A stretch of DNA of 64,000 nt from Prevotella sp. (GTDB taxonomy: Bacteria > Bacteroidota > Bacteroidia > Bacteroidales > Dysgonomonadaceae). Of this stretch, positions 59,075 to 64,000 are shown one piece after another; position 1 is the stretch's first letter; the number at the start of each line of letters is the position of its first letter. The translations under genes were made by a program, and so were the position numbers. The stretch covers positions 32,001-96,000 of the forward strand of contig JAITVV010000043.1 in the NCBI GenBank assembly GCA_031285625.1, given 5' to 3'. Under the pieces are notes generated by a model. It saw only the letters and a list, made by a program, of their open reading frames with translations. It was not told the DNA's origin and made no database searches.

Positions 59075-60436
59075 ATGGGAAAAATACAGGTCTCTCTTAT
59101 TTTTATAATATTGTTATTTTGCACAATTAGCTGTAACAATAAAGTCAGCAATTCTACTAAAGAACCAGCTAATGAAGAGTTGGTTATTACAGATGAAGCC
59201 CTACTTGATAGTGTACAACGCAGGACATTCAACTATTTTTGGGAAGGTGCTGAACCTGTGAGCGGAATGGCACGTGAACGGTATCATGTAGATGGAGACT
59301 ACGGACAACATGATAAGAACACAGTTACATCCGGAGGAAGCGGATTTGGCATTATGGCTATTATTGCCGGAATAGACAGGGGCTATGTGACGCGTGAACA
59401 AGGTCTGGAGAGACTGACTAAAATAGTTAGTTTCCTCGAAAAAGCAGATTCTTTTCACGGCGTTTTCCCGCACTGGTGGAATGGAGAAACCGGAAAAGTA
59501 GTAGGCTTTAGTGATAGAGACAACGGAGGTGACCTTGTGGAAACTTCATTCCTATTGCAAGGATTACTAGCAGTGCATCAATACTACATAAGTGGCTCAG
59601 CTGCAGAAAAAGCACTTGCATCCCGTATAGATAAAATATGGCGTAATGTAGACTGGAACTGGCACCGTAACGGACAAAACGTTCTATACTGGCACTGGAG
59701 CCCGAATCACTCATGGGAAATGAATTTCCCTATTCGCGGATACAATGAGTGTCTTATCACATATATTCTGGCTGCATGTTCCCCAACACATGGGGTTCCG
59801 GCGGAGGTCTATCACGAAGGTTGGGGCGAAAATGGAAAAATCATCGCACCACATGAGTTAGAAGGCTATAACTTAAATATGCGCTATCAAAGCAACACTG
59901 GTATCGGTCCCCTATTCTGGGCGCATTATTCATTTCTGGGGCTAAATCCAACCGGATTGAAAGATAAATATGCCAATTATTATCAGGAAATGAAAAACTA
60001 TACCCTGATAAATAGAGACTATTGCATACGCAATCCAAAAGGATTTAAAGGATACGGTGAAAATTGCTGGGGACTGACAGCAAGCTATTCAGTCAATGGA
60101 TATGCAGCTCACGAACCATCTGAACATGGTGACATGGGAGTAATTTCACCTACAGCCGCACTGTCATCTATTGTATATACACCTGAAGAATCAATCAAAG
60201 TAATGCGGAACTTATATCGTATGGGAGATAAAGTATGGGGGCAATATGGTTTCTACGATGCATTTAGTGAAACGGACAATTGGTACCCACAACGTTACCT
60301 AGCCATTGATCAAGGGCCAATAGCTGTCATGATAGAGAATTACCGTTCTCAATTACTTTGGAAACTCTTCATGAGCCATCCGGATGTTCAGAAAGGATTG
60401 AAAAAACTCGGTTTTACATCTCCCTCATTAAATTAA
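59075..60436 (+). CDS. GH144 (DUF3131/glucoamylase-like) endo-beta-1,2-glucanase, lipoprotein
   Basis: FNYFWEGA...GMARER, GGSGFG, GGDLVETS, LYWHWSP, GYNECLI, PLFWAHYS, WGLTAS, YGFYDAF, YLAIDQGP. Confidence 0.85.
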   Translation: MGKIQVSLIFIILLFCTISCNNKVSNSTKEPANEELVITDEALLDSVQRRTFNYFWEGAEPVSGMARERYHVDGDYGQHDKNTVTSGGSGFGIMAIIAGIDRGYVTREQGLERLTKIVSFLEKADSFHGVFPHWWNGETGKVVGFSDRDNGGDLVETSFLLQGLLAVHQYYISGSAAEKALASRIDKIWRNVDWNWHRNGQNVLYWHWSPNHSWEMNFPIRGYNECLITYILAACSPTHGVPAEVYHEGWGENGKIIAPHELEGYNLNMRYQSNTGIGPLFWAHYSFLGLNPTGLKDKYANYYQEMKNYTLINRDYCIRNPKGFKGYGENCWGLTASYSVNGYAAHEPSEHGDMGVISPTAALSSIVYTPEESIKVMRNLYRMGDKVWGQYGFYDAFSETDNWYPQRYLAIDQGPIAVMIENYRSQLLWKLFMSHPDVQKGLKKLGFTSPSLN

Positions 60437-60445
60437 ATACTTTCG

Positions 60446-60484
60446 TAGTCTAAAGGTTATGTCTATAACCTTTAGACTATTTTT
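60446..60484 (+). terminator. Rho-independent terminator
   Basis: TAGTCTAAAGGTTAT-GTCT-ATAACCTTTAGACTA + T tract. Confidence 0.85.
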
Positions 60485-60609
60485 CAATTATGCCATGATA
60501 TCCTCCAAGCAAGACACCTCATCATTCTACCACATATATAAAGCATCGAATCACCATAAACCGGAGTATTATAATTATCTTTAGAACTGCAATCTCAAAA
60601 GTAATAATT

Positions 60610-61374
60610 ATGAAAAAAAGTATTTTCACACTTATCTTCCTCATCTTCTCCTTATTTAGCTATGCTCAGTTCAAGAATGCGTCATTTATGATAAATGGGT
60701 ATACTTTACCATATCAAATCATGTATCCGGAGAACTATGATGAAACAAAAGCATATCCTTTAGTTGTATTCCTTCACGGGGCAGGAGAACGGGGCAATGA
60801 CAATCAAAAACAGCTAACACATGGAAAGCAATTCCTTATTGATAATTTCCACCTTGCACATCCATCTATAGTAATAGCACCACAATGCCCTACTGATAGC
60901 TATTGGGCAAACGTAATGCGTCATCAGATAGATAATAAAATGACTTTAACTTTTGGTGTTTCAGATAGCCCCACTCAACCGATGAATACCCTCATGGCAC
61001 TCATTCAATATTGGCTTTCTTCAGAAAAGATAGATACAGGAAAAGTATATGTAGGAGGACTATCAATGGGAGGTATGGGCACTTTAGAACTACTGTGGCG
61101 AATGCCCCGGACATTTACAGCAGCTTTTCCGATATGTGGAGGAGCTGACTTAAGCAAGCTTTCATTATATGCAAAGAATACTGCTGTATGGATTTTCCAT
61201 GGTAGTGATGATTCTGTTGTTCCTGCACAAAATTCGAGAGACATATATAAAAACCTGAAAGAATTGGGATGTGATACAGAATATACAGAATACGAAGGAG
61301 TTAATCACAACAGTTGGGACAATGCATTTCAAGAAAAAGATTTAGCTACGTGGCTATTCACACATACTAAATAG
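60610..61374 (+). CDS. Exported alpha/beta-hydrolase (carboxylesterase/phospholipase-like)
   Basis: FLHGAGERG, GLSMGG nucleophile elbow, FHGSDD, HNSW. Confidence 0.85.
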   Translation: MKKSIFTLIFLIFSLFSYAQFKNASFMINGYTLPYQIMYPENYDETKAYPLVVFLHGAGERGNDNQKQLTHGKQFLIDNFHLAHPSIVIAPQCPTDSYWANVMRHQIDNKMTLTFGVSDSPTQPMNTLMALIQYWLSSEKIDTGKVYVGGLSMGGMGTLELLWRMPRTFTAAFPICGGADLSKLSLYAKNTAVWIFHGSDDSVVPAQNSRDIYKNLKELGCDTEYTEYEGVNHNSWDNAFQEKDLATWLFTHTK

Positions 61375-61486
61375 AGATTGGATTGGTTATCACAGTTAAT
61401 AGGTAGATTAAGGTTAAATTAGCTCAAAGAAAAGACCGCACAATGACAATGTCAGAGTGTGGTCTCTTTATTTAAATCTTTATCGG

Positions 61487-62269
61487 TTATCCTTTTTCAG
61501 CAATATTACCTCTTACTTTAGTCAAAAATTTAAGCATCCCGGCACTATCTTTTTTCTCAATGATCTCTAAAAGATGTTTCAATTCAGCACGAATCCCTTC
61601 TACCTGAGCCGGAGTATATGGGTTGAAAAGAATTTCAGTCAAAAGAAAATCATCTTCAGACAGAAGCCCTTTTGCAATATTCATATGACGCTTAAATGTT
61701 GTACCGGGCGCATCCTGGTGTTTCATTACAGAAGCAAAGACAAGTGTAGATGCAAATGGTATGGACAGGGAATAAGCAATGGTTTCGTCATGCTCCTCAA
61801 ATGTGTATTCAAATACATTCAATTTGAGACTGCTGTATAAATCTTTAAAGAATATCTTCCCCCAATGATTTGACTCTGATATCACAATCGCACTCTGAGT
61901 ACTTAAGTCAGTCAAGTTAGCAAATGTAGGGCCAAACATCGGATGTGTAGAAGCAAAGGGCCGTCCGGTCTTCTGATAAAATTCTCTCAATCCGGTTTTT
62001 ACAGAGGCAATATCGGATAATATACATGCCTCATCCAGATAAGGGAGGACCATTTCAAAAGCCTGAATTGTATATTTCACAGTTGCAGCATTAATAACGA
62101 TTTCCGGATTAAATTCCTTTATCTCTTCCGGATTACTCATCCTCACCACATTATAGACAAACCGAAGACGTTTTGGATCTATATCGAAAACAGCAACTTC
62201 ATGATCGAAGCTCAATACATCTGTAAAAAAGGAACCCATCTTTCCGGCTCCAAGTATCAATATTTTCAT
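61487..62269 (-). CDS. tyrA: Prephenate dehydrogenase
   Basis: MKILILGAGKMG, DIASVK, THPMFGP, EHD; TATCTTTG promoter motif 62290-62297. Confidence 0.9.
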   Translation of the reverse strand: MKILILGAGKMGSFFTDVLSFDHEVAVFDIDPKRLRFVYNVVRMSNPEEIKEFNPEIVINAATVKYTIQAFEMVLPYLDEACILSDIASVKTGLREFYQKTGRPFASTHPMFGPTFANLTDLSTQSAIVISESNHWGKIFFKDLYSSLKLNVFEYTFEEHDETIAYSLSIPFASTLVFASVMKHQDAPGTTFKRHMNIAKGLLSEDDFLLTEILFNPYTPAQVEGIRAELKHLLEIIEKKDSAGMLKFLTKVRGNIAEKG

Positions 62270-62340
62270 CTCTGTATTTTTAATTCGTGCAAAGATACAA
62301 GATTGAAGGGAATCTTGGTCTATTTTTTCCTTATATAAAG

Positions 62341-62369
62341 AAAAAGCCGGCAAATAAATTTGCCGGCTC
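62341..62369 (-). terminator. Rho-independent terminator after EF-G paralogue
   Basis: AGCCGGCAAA-loop-TTTGCCGGCT with T tract on minus strand. Confidence 0.8.
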
Positions 62370-62389
62370 TATAAATATTCCAGATAATA

Positions 62390-64000
62390 TTAATCTTCGT
62401 CTTTCTGACTAGCTTCGTATTCTTTCAATAGCTTGTCCTGAACGTCGGAAGGGACAAGTTCATAACTTGCAAACTTCATCGTAAACGACGCACGACCTCC
62501 GGTTAACGAACTAAGTGAAATAGAATAGTTTGACATTTCTTTCAATGGTACTTTAGCATTTAATATCTCTATACCTTTATCACTTTCCATACCCATAATC
62601 ATGGCGCGACGATTTTGAAGATCACCCATTACATCACCCATCCTATCTGACGGAACGGATACAACTACATCATACACAGGCTCAAGAATCTTAGGACCTG
62701 CATTCTTAAATGCCTCGCTGAACGCATTACGTCCTGCCAGCATAAATGAGATTTCATTAGAATCTACCGGGTGCATCTTACCATCATAAACTACTACGCG
62801 TACATCACGGGCATATGAGCCGGTTAAAGGCCCTTGCTCGAGACGCGACATAATACCTTTGAGGATTGCAGGCAGGAAGCGGGCATCGATCGATCCACCG
62901 ACGATACTACTTACAAAAACCAGTTTACCTCCCCAATCTAAATCATAGACCTGAGTATCACGTGCCTGCACTTTAAACTCCTGTCCATTAAACTTATATG
63001 TTTCAGGCATTGGCATACCTTCAGTATAAGGCTCTACAACCAGATGTACTTCACCGAACTGTCCGGCACCACCCGATTGTTTCTTATGGCGATAATCGGC
63101 ACGTGCAGCTTTAGTGATCGTTTCACGATAAGGAATTTTCGGTTCTGAGAAGACAATCGAAATTTTATCGTTGTTTTCTATCCTCCATTTCAACGTTTTA
63201 AGATGGAACTCACCTTGTCCCGATACTATAAGTTGTTTCAATTCCTTCGAATTCTCAATAACCCATGTCGGATCTTCCTCACGCATACGCTGCAATACTT
63301 CATTCATTTTTTCAGTATCTTTCTCATTTTCAGCCTTAATTGCGCGACGGTATTTAGGATCAGGATATTTTATAAAATTGAACTTATTATCAACTCCCTT
63401 TGCATTCAATGTATTACCAGTACGAACATCTTTTAGTTTCACAGCTGCCCCGATATCTCCGGCAACAAGTTCTTCCACCTTTGTCCGTTGCTGCCCTGCC
63501 GGACAGAATATTTGTCCCATTCGTTCTTTAGAGCCCCTGTCTGCATTCAGTAAATCATCACCTTCATGTACTTTACCACTCATCACCTTGAAGTAAGAAA
63601 CTTCACCGACGTGCGGTTCCACTGTGGTTTTAAAGAAAAAGAGACTGGTTGGAGCATCCGATTCCGGTTTTATTTCCACCCCATTAGTATTTATTGGAGC
63701 TGGTAAATCGCGAACATAAGGAACTACATTACCAAGGAACTCCATTGTACGGCGTACACACATATCTTTTTCAGCAGACACACAGAATATTGGATACAGG
63801 TCTCTGTGAACCAATCCCCAACGGATACCCATACGCATCTCGTCTTCTGTAAGAGTTCCCTGATCAAAGAATTTCTCCATCAAAGATTCTTCATTTTCTG
63901 CAGCTGCCTCTACTAATTTCTGTTTTAGTTCTTTTGCTTTTTCCCTTTCTTCATCAGGGATATCAAGCACCTCAGGAGCTCCGCCTTCCGGCTTCCACCT
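62390..64000 (-). CDS. fusA: Elongation factor G paralogue (EF-G2-like), partial at right edge
   Basis: EEDPT, GQGEFHL, PYRETI, HKKQSGGAGQFG, DGKMHPVDS, LEPV, LTGGRA. Confidence 0.9.
   Translation of the reverse strand, partial: RWKPEGGAPEVLDIPDEEREKAKELKQKLVEAAAENEESLMEKFFDQGTLTEDEMRMGIRWGLVHRDLYPIFCVSAEKDMCVRRTMEFLGNVVPYVRDLPAPINTNGVEIKPESDAPTSLFFFKTTVEPHVGEVSYFKVMSGKVHEGDDLLNADRGSKERMGQIFCPAGQQRTKVEELVAGDIGAAVKLKDVRTGNTLNAKGVDNKFNFIKYPDPKYRRAIKAENEKDTEKMNEVLQRMREEDPTWVIENSKELKQLIVSGQGEFHLKTLKWRIENNDKISIVFSEPKIPYRETITKAARADYRHKKQSGGAGQFGEVHLVVEPYTEGMPMPETYKFNGQEFKVQARDTQVYDLDWGGKLVFVSSIVGGSIDARFLPAILKGIMSRLEQGPLTGSYARDVRVVVYDGKMHPVDSNEISFMLAGRNAFSEAFKNAGPKILEPVYDVVVSVPSDRMGDVMGDLQNRRAMIMGMESDKGIEILNAKVPLKEMSNYSISLSSLTGGRASFTMKFASYELVPSDVQDKLLKEYEASQKDED

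Overview
Low-GC Bacteroidetes chromosomal segment, Dysgonomonas-like by gene content and TAnnTTTG promoters (inference). It is mostly housekeeping and carbohydrate genes: partial asmA, an RNA methyltransferase, a DUF853 ATPase, ABC-F, pepO, an arg operon (argR-GNAT-argG-argC-argD) interrupted by accessory genes, kdsA-comB-yraN-yjbR-birA-GH3, a GH27-like lipoprotein, PIN-PhoH, a pheA/aminotransferase/DAHPS-CM operon, a heavy-metal RND efflux operon, a probable beta-1,2-glucan PUL (SusC/SusD/GH3/GH144/esterase), tyrA and a partial EF-G paralogue. No rRNA, tRNA, CRISPR array or transposase was seen. Main observations: (1) a secreted His/Cys-rich leader ORF ending in the ribosome-arrest motif RAPP, whose last codons can base-pair over the start region of the metal-efflux operon, suggesting an arrest-peptide translational switch; (2) an 18-codon Phe/Tyr leader-peptide attenuator upstream of pheA, missing from the ORF track; (3) a GxxExxY nuclease-like gene enclosed exactly by a 31/32-bp inverted repeat inside the arg operon; (4) a strand-oriented 9-mer repeat family with a fixed ~20-nt variable spacer, lying next to apparently inserted genes. 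All calls are by eye; no searches or folding programs were run.
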